A stretch of DNA of 64,000 nt from Actinomycetes bacterium (GCA_021824095.1 JAKALQ010000002.1:935-64934); one strand, 5' to 3'; shown: positions 1 through 10,166, numbered from the stretch's first letter. Numbers and translations: made by a program. Notes: a model not told the origin generated them from the sequence alone.

Positions 1-242
1 CTGCTCGCAGCGCCGGCAGCGGACCTTGTGACCTTGTACCCTGTGCGGTGACGTTTGTTGCGCGGTGTCGTGCGCATAACGATTCCGCAACACGAAAACC
101 TGTTGGGAATTCAGCGCATCCCCGTACAGTGGCAAGTCATGACAACGCGTTGTTGCACTCGTTCGAGGATTCGACACTTTCGCCAACAACGCACGTGGCC
201 CGAACGATCCCGGCCGGCGCCGCGCAACACACTGGAGGAGAA

Positions 243-1799
243 GTGCTTCGCACAAGGTTCGCAGCCGCTGTGGCGGTGGGCGCGGTGGCCCTCACGGGTC
301 TCGCAACCGCCCCCTCGGCAGGCGCCGCAGCGCCGAAGGTCCTGAACATCGCATCGGCGGTTGACGTCTCGATGCCGTTCGACCCCTATGCCATGTCCGA
401 CGGGCACTTCCGCCCGATCATGGCCGCCGCCTATGACTCGCTCATCAAGGTGCGCCCGAACTACTCCGGCTACGACCCGGATCTCGCCACCAAGTGGGTG
501 TGGAAGGGCAACAAGACGCTCGTCCTCACGCTCCGCACCGGTGTGAAGTTCACGGATGGCACCCCCTTCAACGCGTCTGTCGTGAAGGCCAATCTCGATC
601 GCGTGCTGGTCAACCATTACGCCGGTCCGCGCACGGGCTCGCTCAACAACGTCGCCAGCGTCAAGGTCGTGAACCCCACCACGGTGCAGATCAACCTCGC
701 CCGCCCCGACAACCAGCTGCTGCTCTGGCTGTCGCTCAACATGGGCTACATGGTCTCGCCGAAGGCGATCGCCACCGCCGACAAGACCGGCAACCTCACG
801 GCGCTCAACACCGCCACCGACGGCACCGGCCCATACAAGCTCGACTGGGCCAAGTCGGTGCGCGGCTCGCAGTACAGCTTCGTGCGCAACCCCAACTACT
901 GGCTCAAGGGTGCCGCGCTCACGAAGGCCTACCCGTGGGACCAGGTGAACTTCATGGTGCTCACCTCGGCCACAGCCCGCGGCAACGCCCTGCGCGCCGG
1001 CAATGTTGATGTCGCCCTGCTGAGCAACTTCGACGTGGCTGCCGTCTCCAACGCCGGCTTCGCGCTCAAGCCGTGGAACGTCGACGTGTTCCGCATCGCC
1101 CTCAGCGATCGCAATGGCGTCAACAACAAGCCGCTCGCCGATGTGCGCGTCCGTCAGGCCCTGAACTACGCCATCAACCGCAACCAGTTCGGCGCCTTCG
1201 GCGACCCGACGTCGCAGTCCTTCCCCAAGGGCGTCGATGCCTTCAACCCGGCGTGGGACAACTACTACAAGTACGACCCGACCAAGGCCAAGCAGCTGCT
1301 CGCCGCCGCCGGCTACCCGCAGGGCTTCACCATGGATGTTGCCAGCGCGGCAGACCCGACCTGGAGCGCGATCATGCAGATCGTGCAGCAGGACTTCAAG
1401 GCCATCGGTGTCACGCTCAACATCACGAACGTGAACCTCTCGCAGTTCTTCACTGCCATCGGTGACCCGAAGTACGCAGGCTTCGTGTTCCCATACGGCG
1501 CCGCCTCGGTGCCGAGCGTTGTGAACGACCTCTTCGGCCCCGGCAAGGTGCGCCTCAACCCCCTCGGTGAGAGCGACCCGAAGATCATGTCGATGCTCAA
1601 CAGCTACCTCGCTGCCACCAAGCCGGCGCAGGCGAAGCAGCTCGGCCAGGCCATCGGCAAGTACGCGGTGCAGAACGCGCTCGAGATCGTCCTCGATCGC
1701 CCCACCTACTACTGGGCCTACAACACCAAGAAGCTCAAGGGCCTGGAGTTCACGGTCGGCAACGTGATGCCGAACCTGCAGGGATTCCTCGCGAAGTAG
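243..1799 (+). CDS. ABC transporter substrate-binding protein, peptide/nickel family 5 (DppA/OppA-like)
   Basis: ORF 48..1799. A signal-peptide-like LRTRFAAAVAVGAVALTGLATAPSAGAAAP begins at GTG 243, preceded by GGAGGAG (234-240). The rest looks like a family-5 solute-binding protein. The ORF part upstream of 243 is not protein-like. Confidence 0.85.
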   Translation: MLRTRFAAAVAVGAVALTGLATAPSAGAAAPKVLNIASAVDVSMPFDPYAMSDGHFRPIMAAAYDSLIKVRPNYSGYDPDLATKWVWKGNKTLVLTLRTGVKFTDGTPFNASVVKANLDRVLVNHYAGPRTGSLNNVASVKVVNPTTVQINLARPDNQLLLWLSLNMGYMVSPKAIATADKTGNLTALNTATDGTGPYKLDWAKSVRGSQYSFVRNPNYWLKGAALTKAYPWDQVNFMVLTSATARGNALRAGNVDVALLSNFDVAAVSNAGFALKPWNVDVFRIALSDRNGVNNKPLADVRVRQALNYAINRNQFGAFGDPTSQSFPKGVDAFNPAWDNYYKYDPTKAKQLLAAAGYPQGFTMDVASAADPTWSAIMQIVQQDFKAIGVTLNITNVNLSQFFTAIGDPKYAGFVFPYGAASVPSVVNDLFGPGKVRLNPLGESDPKIMSMLNSYLAATKPAQAKQLGQAIGKYAVQNALEIVLDRPTYYWAYNTKKLKGLEFTVGNVMPNLQGFLAK

Positions 1800-1826
1800 T
1801 CCCTCGGGACACTGCACCACTGCACA

Positions 1827-1867
1827 GGCATCGGGGGCGCTGCGGCCTCCGCGGCGCCCCCGATGCC
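1827..1867 (+). promoter_or_regulatory. Intercistronic GC-rich stem-loop between the binding-protein and permease genes; sequesters the permease start codon
   Basis: GGCATCGGGGGCGC (1827-1840) pairs perfectly with GCGCCCCCGATGCC (1854-1867). About 4 further pairs lie inside the loop. ATG 1863 lies in the 3' arm. Confidence 0.6.
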
Positions 1868-2834
1868 ATCTCTTCGAACTCTGGAGTTCACCGTGCTCAA
1901 CGTGATCCTGCGGCGGCTTGCCTTCGCGATCCCGCTGCTGTGGGTCGTGGCCACCCTCAGCTTCTTCCTCGTCTCCTTCATCCCAGGTGACGCGGCCACC
2001 ACGATCCTCGGCCAGTCAGCCACGGCAGCGGACATCGCGCGCCTCCGCCACCAGCTGGGCCTCGACCAGCCGCTGCTCGTGCAGTACCTCACCTGGCTCG
2101 GGCATCTCCTGCGCGGCGACCTCGGCTCCTCCATCATCACGCGCCAGACGACATGGCAGGCCATCGCACCGGCCCTCCCGATCACCACGACGATCGCGGT
2201 GATGGCAACGCTCCTCGCCTTCATCATCGGCGTCACGCTCGGCACACTGGCCGTCGTGCGCGGCGGCATCGCCGACCGCATCGTCCGCATCTTCGCGGGC
2301 ATCTCGAACGCCATCCCGAACTTCTGGCTGGCGGTCCTCCTCATCCTCGTCTTCTCACTGAAGCTGCGTTGGCTGCCGGCGGTGAGTTGGGTCTCCTTCG
2401 GCGACTCCCCCATCGGCTGGGTGAAGTCGTGGATCCTGCCCGTGGCCGCCGTCGCCCTCGCCGGTGCGGCAACCGTCGCACGCCAGGCCCGCGCAGCACT
2501 GCTCACGACCCTGAGCCGCGACTACGTGCGCACGCTCCTCGCCGTCGGTATCGGCCGACGCTCCGTGCTGTTCAAGCACGCACTCCGCAACGCCGCAGCG
2601 CCGGTGCTCACGGTGCTCGGCTTCCAGTTCATCGGCCTGCTCGGTGGCTCCATCATCGTCGAGCAGGTGTTCGCGCTCCCCGGCCTCGGCACGCTCGTGC
2701 AGAACGCCATCCAGGCCAAGGACCTGCCGATTGTGCAGGGCGTGGTCATCTTCGCCGCGATCATGGTGGTCATCGTGAACCTGGCCATCGACATCTTCTA
2801 CGCGTGGCTCAATCCGAAGGTGAGGACGAGCTGA
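1863..2834 (+). CDS. ABC transporter permease (DppB/OppB-like)
   Basis: 323-aa multi-TM ORF with a BPD-transport-type permease sequence. It lies directly downstream of the binding-protein gene. Confidence 0.9.
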   Translation: MPSLRTLEFTVLNVILRRLAFAIPLLWVVATLSFFLVSFIPGDAATTILGQSATAADIARLRHQLGLDQPLLVQYLTWLGHLLRGDLGSSIITRQTTWQAIAPALPITTTIAVMATLLAFIIGVTLGTLAVVRGGIADRIVRIFAGISNAIPNFWLAVLLILVFSLKLRWLPAVSWVSFGDSPIGWVKSWILPVAAVALAGAATVARQARAALLTTLSRDYVRTLLAVGIGRRSVLFKHALRNAAAPVLTVLGFQFIGLLGGSIIVEQVFALPGLGTLVQNAIQAKDLPIVQGVVIFAAIMVVIVNLAIDIFYAWLNPKVRTS

Positions 2835-2835
2835 C

Positions 2836-4737
2836 ATGGCCCTCTCCCGCAACAACCCGCTGCGCGCCGTGCTGCGCAAGCCGTCGGCCGTACTCGGCCT
2901 GACCTGGATCGGCATCGTCTTCATCGGCAGCGTGTTCGCCTCGAAGTTGGCGCCGTACTCGTATGACGCCATCAACCCCATCGACATGCTGCAGGGGCCG
3001 AGCGCCAAGCACTGGCTCGGCACCGATCTCATCGGCCACGACATCCTGTCGCTCATCATGTGGGCCGGCAAGGACGTGTTCATCCACGGCTTCATCGTGG
3101 TCGGTCTCGCGACGCTCATCGGCCTGCCCGCGGGCCTCGTCGCCGGCTTCTACGGCGGCGCGGTGGACCAGGTCGTCACCCGCGTGGGCGACATCCTGTT
3201 CGCGATGCCGGGCATGGTGCTCCTCATCGCCATCGGCGCAATGTCGGGCAACAACCTCACGATCGCCATGCTGGCGCTCGGTGTGCTGTTCTCGGCGGGC
3301 TTCATGCGCCAGGTGCGCGCCGCCGCCCTCGCGGCTCGCGGCGAGCTCTACGTCGACGCCGCCTTCGTGAGCGGCATCAGCCGTATGACGATCATCTTCC
3401 GCCACATCATGCCGAACGTCATGTCACCGCTCTTCATCCAGTTCTCGAGCGCCTTCGGCGCCACCCTGCTGTTGGAGTCCGGCCTCGCCTTCCTCGGCAT
3501 CGCGCCGCCACCCCCGGTGCCCACCTGGGGCGGTCTCATCACGCTCGCGCAATCGCAGCTGGAGAACCAGCCCTGGCTCATGGTGCCCACGGGTGGCGTG
3601 CTCATCCTCACCGTGCTGTCGGCCAACTTCATCGCCGACTCCATCCAGGAGTCCACGCCACTGGCGGGCCTCGGCAACCTCGTGACGGCACGCACGAAGG
3701 CACCGCGGACGGAGGAGGCGCCCGAGCCGGTGCGCACCGTCGATCCCGCGAACCTGCTCACGGTCAACAACCTCAAGGTCGGTGCCATCCAGCCGGACCG
3801 CTCAGTGCTCACCCTCGTCGATGGAGTGTCCTTCAGCCTGCGTCGCGGTGAGACCATCGGTCTCGTCGGTGAGTCCGGGTGCGGCAAGACCCTCACGGCC
3901 CTCGCCATGCTGGGCCTGCTGCCCGCCAACGTCGCCCAGGTCGGTGGCAGTGTCACCTTCGATGGCGTCACCATGACACCGGAGACCACCGACGCATGGG
4001 CCCCCATGCGCGGCTCCCGCATCGGCTACATCTCGCAGGAACCGATGGTGGCGCTCGATCCCTCCTACAGCGTGCTCTCGCAGCTGGTGGAGCCCCTGCG
4101 CATCCACCATGGCATGGACAAGGCCGCGGCCCGCGCCCGCGCCTTCGAGCTGCTCACGGCCGTCGGCATCGCGGATCCCGCTGCGGTCGGCGCGCGCTTC
4201 CCCCACCAGCTGTCGGGCGGCATGGCCCAGCGCGTCGCCATCGCGATCGCCCTCACCGGTGAGCCCGACCTGCTCGTCGCCGACGAGCCGACGACGGCGC
4301 TGGACGTCACCGTGCAGGCCGAGATCCTCGACCTGCTGCGCGACCTCCAGCAGCGCAACGGCATGGCCCTCATCCTCGTGACGCACGACCTCGGTGTCGT
4401 CGCCGACATCTGCGATCGCGCCGTCGTCATGTACGCCGGCCAGGTGGTGGAGCAGGGGGACGTGGAGGATCTGTTCACCCAGCCCACGCACCCGTACACG
4501 AAGGGACTGCTCGAGTCCTCGCCACATGTGGAGCACGTGAACGCCGGCGGTGGCGACGACCACCTGCCGACGATCCCCGGCACCGTGCCACTCCCGGCCG
4601 GTTGGCCGGCGGGCTGCCGCTTCGCCGACCGCTGCTTCCAGGCCGAGGAGCGTTGCCGCGCGGCACGCGTCCCGCTCACGATCACGCCCGACCGCGAGGT
4701 TCGCTGCCTCAAGATCCTGGAAGGGGTCGAACTGTGA
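2836..4737 (+). CDS. Fused ABC permease (DppC-like, N-terminal ~290 aa) and ATP-binding domain (DppD-like, C-terminal)
   Basis: N-terminal half is multi-TM. C-terminal half carries Walker A GESGCGKT, signature LSGGMAQR and Walker B LLVADEPTTALD. Starts 1 nt after the stop of the previous gene. Confidence 0.9.
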   Translation: MALSRNNPLRAVLRKPSAVLGLTWIGIVFIGSVFASKLAPYSYDAINPIDMLQGPSAKHWLGTDLIGHDILSLIMWAGKDVFIHGFIVVGLATLIGLPAGLVAGFYGGAVDQVVTRVGDILFAMPGMVLLIAIGAMSGNNLTIAMLALGVLFSAGFMRQVRAAALAARGELYVDAAFVSGISRMTIIFRHIMPNVMSPLFIQFSSAFGATLLLESGLAFLGIAPPPPVPTWGGLITLAQSQLENQPWLMVPTGGVLILTVLSANFIADSIQESTPLAGLGNLVTARTKAPRTEEAPEPVRTVDPANLLTVNNLKVGAIQPDRSVLTLVDGVSFSLRRGETIGLVGESGCGKTLTALAMLGLLPANVAQVGGSVTFDGVTMTPETTDAWAPMRGSRIGYISQEPMVALDPSYSVLSQLVEPLRIHHGMDKAAARARAFELLTAVGIADPAAVGARFPHQLSGGMAQRVAIAIALTGEPDLLVADEPTTALDVTVQAEILDLLRDLQQRNGMALILVTHDLGVVADICDRAVVMYAGQVVEQGDVEDLFTQPTHPYTKGLLESSPHVEHVNAGGGDDHLPTIPGTVPLPAGWPAGCRFADRCFQAEERCRAARVPLTITPDREVRCLKILEGVEL

Positions 4738-5738
4738 CCACCCCGCTGCTCACGATCGAGGACCTCGTCGTCGACTTCGGCACCCGTCGCAAGCCGTTCC
4801 ACGCGGTCGACCACGTCGACCTCACGATCATGCCGGGCGAGACGCTCGGGCTCGTGGGCGAGTCCGGTTCCGGCAAGTCCACCATCGGCCGCGCCATCCT
4901 CGGGCTCAATCCCGCGTCGGAGGGCCGCATCACCTTCGACGGCAAGGACCTGTCGCACCTGCACGCGAAGGATCGCAAGGACATCGCGGACGACCTGCAG
5001 GTGGTCTTCCAGGATCCCTACTCGTCGCTGAACCCCTCCCTCACGGTGGGTCAGATCCTGTCGGAGCCGCTCATGGCCCGGCAGAAGATGCCGGTTGAGA
5101 CCGCGCGCACACGCATCAAGGAGCTCCTCGGTCGCGTGGGCCTGCCGGATGACGCGATCGACCGGTTCCCGTCGCGCTTCTCCGGTGGGCAGCGCCAGCG
5201 CATCGCAATCGCCCGCGCCCTGGCGCTCTCCCCGAAGCTCGTCATCTGCGACGAACCGGTGTCCGCCCTCGACCTGTCGACGCAGGCGCAGGTGCTGAAC
5301 CTGCTGTCGGACCTGCGCGGCTCCTCCAACCTCGCCTACCTCTTCATCGCCCACGACCTCGCGGTGGTGAAGCACCTCTCGCAGCGCATCGTGGTGCTGT
5401 ACCGGGGCCGCATCATGGAGGAGGGCGATGCGGACGAGGTGTACAACCGCCCCGCACACCCCTACACCCGTGCCCTCATCGCCGCAGCGCCGGTGCCCAA
5501 CGTGCGCGAGCAGCGGGCACGTCGCGCGGAGCGCATGCAGACGGTGTCCGCGAGTTCCTCGGCCATCCTGCACGACGGACATGACGGCTGCCCCTTCGCC
5601 GGACGCTGCCCGCTCGTCCAGCCCGTGTGCCGCGAGCGTCGTCCGGCGATGACGACGGTCACCACCGCCGCCAACGGCACGCCAACACGGGTGGCCTGCC
5701 ACGCCTACGACCCCGCCTCGGGGCATCCCGGCATCTGA
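4734..5738 (+). CDS. ABC transporter ATP-binding protein (DppF/OppF-like)
   Basis: GTG 4734 overlaps the upstream stop (GTGA). Walker A GESGSGKST, signature FSGGQRQR, Walker B LVICDEPVSALD. The ORF-track extension back to 4602 lies inside the upstream gene. Confidence 0.88.
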   Translation: MTTPLLTIEDLVVDFGTRRKPFHAVDHVDLTIMPGETLGLVGESGSGKSTIGRAILGLNPASEGRITFDGKDLSHLHAKDRKDIADDLQVVFQDPYSSLNPSLTVGQILSEPLMARQKMPVETARTRIKELLGRVGLPDDAIDRFPSRFSGGQRQRIAIARALALSPKLVICDEPVSALDLSTQAQVLNLLSDLRGSSNLAYLFIAHDLAVVKHLSQRIVVLYRGRIMEEGDADEVYNRPAHPYTRALIAAAPVPNVREQRARRAERMQTVSASSSAILHDGHDGCPFAGRCPLVQPVCRERRPAMTTVTTAANGTPTRVACHAYDPASGHPGI

Positions 5739-5750
5739 CGCGCCAAACGG

Positions 5751-5781
5751 ACGGGCCCTGCGACACCTTCGCGGGGCCCGT
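5751..5781 (+). terminator. Stem-loop downstream of the dpp-like operon
   Basis: ACGGGCCCTGCGA / TCGCGGGGCCCGT form 13 bp with one G-U pair and a 5-nt loop. No U-tract. Confidence 0.5.
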
Positions 5782-5802
5782 TCGCATGCCTACGCTCGCA
5801 AT

Positions 5803-8211
5803 GTGATGGGCGCCCCGCATCCACCCGGCCTCACGAGCGAGGAGGCCGCGGAGCGCACGCGACGCCTCGGACCCAACAGCGTCCGTCCCGCGCGCACGCG
5901 CGTGCTGCACATCCTCGGACGGCAGTTGCGCTCCCCGCTGCTTGCCCTACTCGCCGGCACGGCACTCGTGTCGCACCTTGTCGGCCAGCACAACGATGCC
6001 GTCATCATCGGGGTCATCCTCGTGGCCTCCATCGGCATGGGCTTCACCAACGAGTTCCGGGCCGCCCGGGCCGCCGACGACCTGCGGGCCCGACTCGCGC
6101 ATGACTGCACGGTGTGGCGCGACGGGGTCCCCCTGCGACTGCCCGTCACCACGCTCGTCCCTGACGACGTCATTGACCTGCGACTCGGCGACATCGTGCC
6201 GGCGGACGCCGAGCTGCTCGAGGGCACGGACCTCGAGTGCGACGAGTCACCGCTCACTGGCGAGTCCTTGCCCGTCGCCAAGGACCTCACGGCGGATCGC
6301 GTGCTGCGCATGGGCAGCATCGTGCGGCGCGGCTCCGGTACGGCGCTGGTGACGCGCACCGGGGCCGACACCGAGTTCGGGCGCATCGCGAGCGGCCTCG
6401 ACATCACGGAACCGCCGACCGCCTTCCAGCGCGGCCTCGACGCCTTCGCTATGCTGCTCGTGCGCGTGGCGGGCGTGCTCACGGCGTCCATCCTCGCCAT
6501 CAACCTCGTTCTCGGCCGTCCCCTCATCGACGCGGTGCTCTTCTCCCTCGCCATCGCGGTGGGCATCTCGCCACAGCTGCTGCCCGCCGTCGTGTCGACG
6601 AGCATGACCCGTGGGGCGCATCGCCTTGCACGACAACGGGTGCTCGTGAAGCGACTCGTGAGCATCGAGGATCTGGGCGACATCCAGACCCTCTTCACCG
6701 ACAAGACGGGGACGCTCACAGAGGGTGCGGTGACGCTCGATCAGGTGATTGACGCCCCCGATGCCGCACCGGGCAGCGCCCTTGCCATCGCTGCCGCCTG
6801 CACCGAGGTCACCCGCCTCGCCGATGGCAGCCTCGTCGGCAACCCCCTCGACGTCGCACTGCTGCGCGCAGCGGGGACGGGGACGCCCGATCCCGACATC
6901 GTCGCGCGGCGGCCCTTCAGCCATGAGCACCGCACCACCGCGGTCGTCGTCGCGGATGGCGCAGGTGGGTGGATCCGCATCGAGAAGGGGGCGCCCGAGG
7001 CGCTGCTCGTCGAGGGAGGGCCACTCGAGGCCGCGTGTGCGGGCGCGATGGCATCGGGCAATCGCGTCATCGCCGTCACCACCACCCCGATCGCCGGGCC
7101 CATGGTGGACGCCACCCCGCTCGGCACCACCCGCGCGGTGGGACTGCTCGTGTTCCGCGACCCGCCGAAGGCGGGTGCCGCCGCCTCGATCCAGCGTCTC
7201 GCGCAGCTCGGAGTACGTGTGTGCATCATCACCGGCGACGCTGCCGTGGTGGCGCAGACCGTGTGCCAGGAGCTCGCCATGCCGCCGGGCGCCACGATCA
7301 CCGGCGACCAGGTCGCCGCCATGTCCGACGCGGCATTGACGTCGGCGATCCCGACGACGACGGTGTTCGCCCGCGTCTCGCCAGAGCAGAAGGCCCGCAT
7401 CGTGCGCCTGCACCGAACGGCAGGCCATGACGTGGCCTTCCTCGGTGATGGGGTGAATGACGCCCTCGCCATCCACGAGGCGGACGTCGGCATCTCGGTC
7501 GACACCGCAGTGGACGTGGCCCGTGACGCCGCCGACGTGATCCTGCTCGAGAAGGACCTCGGTGTCCTCGCCGATGGCGTGCTCGAAGGGCGACGCATCT
7601 TCGCCAACACGACGAAGTACGTGCTCATGGGCACCTCGAGCAACTTCGGCAACATGTTCAGCGCGGCAGCGGCGTCAGCCTTCCTGTCGTTCCTCCCGAT
7701 GCTGCCGTCGCAGATCCTGCTGAACAACCTGCTGTATGACAGCAGCCAACTCGCCATCCCCACGGATCGCGTCGACGACGACCTCATCGCGCGTCCCGCC
7801 CAATGGGACATCGGGCGCATCCGTCGCACCATGCTCATCCTCGGGCCCATGAGCTCGCTCTTCGACTTCATGACCTTCGCGGTGATGCTCCAACTGCTGC
7901 ATGCGGACGCCACCCTCTTCCGCACCGGCTGGTTCGTGGAATCGCTCGCCACGCAGACGCTCGTAGTGCTGAGCATCCGCACCATCGCCACACCCTGCTG
8001 GCGCAGCCGCCCCGGGGGCGCCCTCCTCGCTGCGGTGCTCATCGTCGTCGCCGTGGGGGCGCTGCTCCCACTCACGCCACTTGCCGCCCCACTCGGCTTC
8101 ACCCGCCCCGGCGTCGGCTTCTACGCCGTGCTCGTGCTGCTCGTCATCACCTACATCGCGCTCGTGGATCGGGCCAAGCATTGGGTCGGCCGCGCCCTGC
8201 CCGCTGCCTAG
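5803..8211 (+). CDS. mgtA: Magnesium-translocating P-type ATPase (MgtA/MgtB-like)
   Basis: DKTGTLT phosphorylation motif and GDGVNDALAI hinge. The C-terminal NNLLYDSSQLAIPTDRVDDDLIARPAQW block is typical of MgtA-type pumps. A TACGCT hexamer lies 6 nt before GTG 5803. Confidence 0.8.
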   Translation: MMGAPHPPGLTSEEAAERTRRLGPNSVRPARTRVLHILGRQLRSPLLALLAGTALVSHLVGQHNDAVIIGVILVASIGMGFTNEFRAARAADDLRARLAHDCTVWRDGVPLRLPVTTLVPDDVIDLRLGDIVPADAELLEGTDLECDESPLTGESLPVAKDLTADRVLRMGSIVRRGSGTALVTRTGADTEFGRIASGLDITEPPTAFQRGLDAFAMLLVRVAGVLTASILAINLVLGRPLIDAVLFSLAIAVGISPQLLPAVVSTSMTRGAHRLARQRVLVKRLVSIEDLGDIQTLFTDKTGTLTEGAVTLDQVIDAPDAAPGSALAIAAACTEVTRLADGSLVGNPLDVALLRAAGTGTPDPDIVARRPFSHEHRTTAVVVADGAGGWIRIEKGAPEALLVEGGPLEAACAGAMASGNRVIAVTTTPIAGPMVDATPLGTTRAVGLLVFRDPPKAGAAASIQRLAQLGVRVCIITGDAAVVAQTVCQELAMPPGATITGDQVAAMSDAALTSAIPTTTVFARVSPEQKARIVRLHRTAGHDVAFLGDGVNDALAIHEADVGISVDTAVDVARDAADVILLEKDLGVLADGVLEGRRIFANTTKYVLMGTSSNFGNMFSAAAASAFLSFLPMLPSQILLNNLLYDSSQLAIPTDRVDDDLIARPAQWDIGRIRRTMLILGPMSSLFDFMTFAVMLQLLHADATLFRTGWFVESLATQTLVVLSIRTIATPCWRSRPGGALLAAVLIVVAVGALLPLTPLAAPLGFTRPGVGFYAVLVLLVITYIALVDRAKHWVGRALPAA

Positions 8212-8214
8212 CAT

Positions 8215-8871
8215 GTGCGCATGGAGTGGGCCGCAGGCGAGAACCTGAGCGAGCAGATCGCACGGGTGCTGCGCGCCGCACTCGTGTCCGGCCAGCTCGT
8301 CCCCGGCATCACCTACTCGGTGCCGTCGCTCGCGGAGGAGTTCGGGGTGTCGGTCATGCCGGTCCGCGAGGCCATGCTCGCATTGGTGCAGCAGGGCCTC
8401 ATGACGCCGGTGCGCAATCGCGGCTTCCGCGTGGTGGAACTGAGTCCGAAGGAACTCGACGACATCCTGCGCGTGCGCCTCCTGCTCGAGGTGCCGGCCA
8501 CACTCGAGGCGGCGACGCAGGTGACACCTGCTGCCCTGCGTTCGCTGCGAACACTCGCGCGGGCCATCACCCGCCACGCGCGTGCCGGTGCACTCGTGGA
8601 GTACATCGAGGCCGACCGCCGCTTCCACGCCGCGCTCATCGCCCTCGCCGACAACCCGCGCCTCACCGAACTCGTCGACGACCTGCGCGCACGGGCCCGC
8701 CTCACCGCGCTCGGCACGCTCTCGGAGCATGGCGACCTCGTGGCGTCGGCACGCGAGCACGTGGCCATCCTCGATGCCATCGAGGCCGGGGACGCGGCGC
8801 GGTTGCGCAGCCTCATGGACCGTCACATCCGCCACACGCGTGGCGTGTGGGCGGGGATCAGCGAGCCCTGA
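8215..8871 (+). CDS. GntR-family (FadR/FCD-type) transcriptional regulator
   Basis: N-terminal winged helix (PSLAEEFGVSVMPVREAM) and a helical FCD-like C-terminal domain. Adjacent to the hydroxyproline catabolic genes. Confidence 0.85.
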   Translation: MRMEWAAGENLSEQIARVLRAALVSGQLVPGITYSVPSLAEEFGVSVMPVREAMLALVQQGLMTPVRNRGFRVVELSPKELDDILRVRLLLEVPATLEAATQVTPAALRSLRTLARAITRHARAGALVEYIEADRRFHAALIALADNPRLTELVDDLRARARLTALGTLSEHGDLVASAREHVAILDAIEAGDAARLRSLMDRHIRHTRGVWAGISEP

Positions 8872-10138
8872 GCCGTCGCAGACGGGCCACGGTGTCACGT
8901 GCCCCGAAGCGATCGGGCGCGAAGGGGGCCAGGTGCGCCGGCACCCGCCCGGTCTCGACCATGGTGACGACGGCCCGCGCGGTGGCGGGGGCCATCGTGA
9001 TGCCGAACATGCCGTGCCCCGAGGCCACATAGGCGTTGTCGTGTGCCCCCAGACGGCCGATGATCGACAGCGAGTCGGGTGTCATGGGGCGGAAGCCGGC
9101 CCAGGCCGGCGCGTCGGGTTCCGGAGCCGTCCAGTCGCGCAGGAACTCCGCGGGGCCGCGGAGGATCGCCGCGGCGCGCACCGGATCGACCGTGGGGTCG
9201 TAGCCCGCGAACTCCATCGTGCCCGCCAGACGCAGGGCATTGCCGAGGGGCGTGCCGACCACCTTGCGCTCGGTGAATGAGGTGGCGGAGCGAAGGCGCA
9301 CCGGCGCCTGCGCGTACTCGACGCTGTACCCCTTGCCCGGCTCGATCGGCAGGCGCACACCGAAGAGGCGCGCGAGCCGCTCTGTCCACACTCCAGCTGC
9401 GAGCACCACGGCGTCCGCGGGGATGCGGCCGTCCGACGTGCGCAGCGCGGTGACCCGACGGCCGTCACGCACCACGCCCTCGAGGGCCGTGCGCTCACGC
9501 ACCTCGACACCGCGGGCGCGCGCCGCCGCCGCGAGCCCGGGTGCCAGCGTCTCGGAACGGATGTGGCGCTCGTGGGGGAAGAAGATGCCGCCATGCACGC
9601 GGTCGCTGAGTGCGGGCTCATGCTCGCGCACCGCGTCGCCCTCGAGGGCGACGGGGTCCAGGCCGGCGTCGCGCACGATGTCGAGGTCGTGGAGGTGGTG
9701 CTCGTAGTTGTCACGGCCGAGCAGGGCAATGAGCAGCCCGTCGGCCTGCATCTCGAAGGCCACGCCCTCCTGCTGCCAGGCGTCGAAGGTCTCCATCGAG
9801 TCGCCGAAGAGCGCGATGTTGGCACGCAGGCCGGCGCGGAAGTCGTCCGCATTGCAGCGCTGGGCCATGCCGAGGAGGAAGCCGAGGTAGGGCAGGCTCG
9901 CGCGCGGGCGGATGCGCAATGGCGAGTCGGCGTGGAGCATCCAGCGCAGGCCCTGCAGCACCATGCCCGGCGCGGCGACGGGTCCGGAGTCCGCGGGGCA
10001 GATCCAGCCGGCCGTCCCGCGGGATGCACCGCCACCGACAGTGCCGGCCTCAAGGACCGTCACCTCGTGCCCCTGCTTCACAAGTTCGTACGCGCTCGCC
10101 ATGCCGATGACGCCGCCGCCGATGACCACCACTCGCAT
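8858..10138 (-). CDS. FAD-dependent oxidoreductase (DadA/D-amino-acid dehydrogenase family); candidate D-hydroxyproline dehydrogenase
   Basis: N-terminal Rossmann motif MRVVVIGGGVIGMASAYEL. Divergent from the dapA-like, epimerase and aldehyde dehydrogenase genes. Confidence 0.8.
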   Translation of the reverse strand: MRVVVIGGGVIGMASAYELVKQGHEVTVLEAGTVGGGASRGTAGWICPADSGPVAAPGMVLQGLRWMLHADSPLRIRPRASLPYLGFLLGMAQRCNADDFRAGLRANIALFGDSMETFDAWQQEGVAFEMQADGLLIALLGRDNYEHHLHDLDIVRDAGLDPVALEGDAVREHEPALSDRVHGGIFFPHERHIRSETLAPGLAAAARARGVEVRERTALEGVVRDGRRVTALRTSDGRIPADAVVLAAGVWTERLARLFGVRLPIEPGKGYSVEYAQAPVRLRSATSFTERKVVGTPLGNALRLAGTMEFAGYDPTVDPVRAAAILRGPAEFLRDWTAPEPDAPAWAGFRPMTPDSLSIIGRLGAHDNAYVASGHGMFGITMAPATARAVVTMVETGRVPAHLAPFAPDRFGARDTVARLRRLRAR

Positions 10139-10166
10139 GACGGCAGCCTACCCCGACGACGACCTA

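Noticed and set aside
48-242. N-terminal 65 residues of the binding-protein ORF
   Set aside because: This part has no hydrophobic signal sequence. The signal-peptide-like segment begins only at GTG 243, which has an adjacent GGAGGAG. It is treated as 5' untranslated or promoter region.
111-1820. 569-aa minus-strand ORF opposite the solute-binding protein gene. The same applies to long antisense ORFs at 4065-5726, 6247-7476, 6741-8102, 7675-9030, 12050-13264, 18905-20269, 20131-21063, 22632-24053, 24141-25253, 30042-31766, 31373-32635, 42093-43958, 43682-45625, 53145-54959, 55216-56685 and 61006-62820
   Set aside because: Each overlaps a gene on the other strand that has recognisable motifs. 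None shows a recognisable domain, a signal peptide, or an RBS or leaderless promoter. They are GC-bias artefacts.
5739-5802. M-box (Mg2+) riboswitch or proline-rich leader peptide upstream of mgtA
   Set aside because: The intergenic region is only 64 nt. It is occupied by a terminator hairpin and a -10-like hexamer 6 nt from the start codon, leaving no room for an M-box of about 160 nt.
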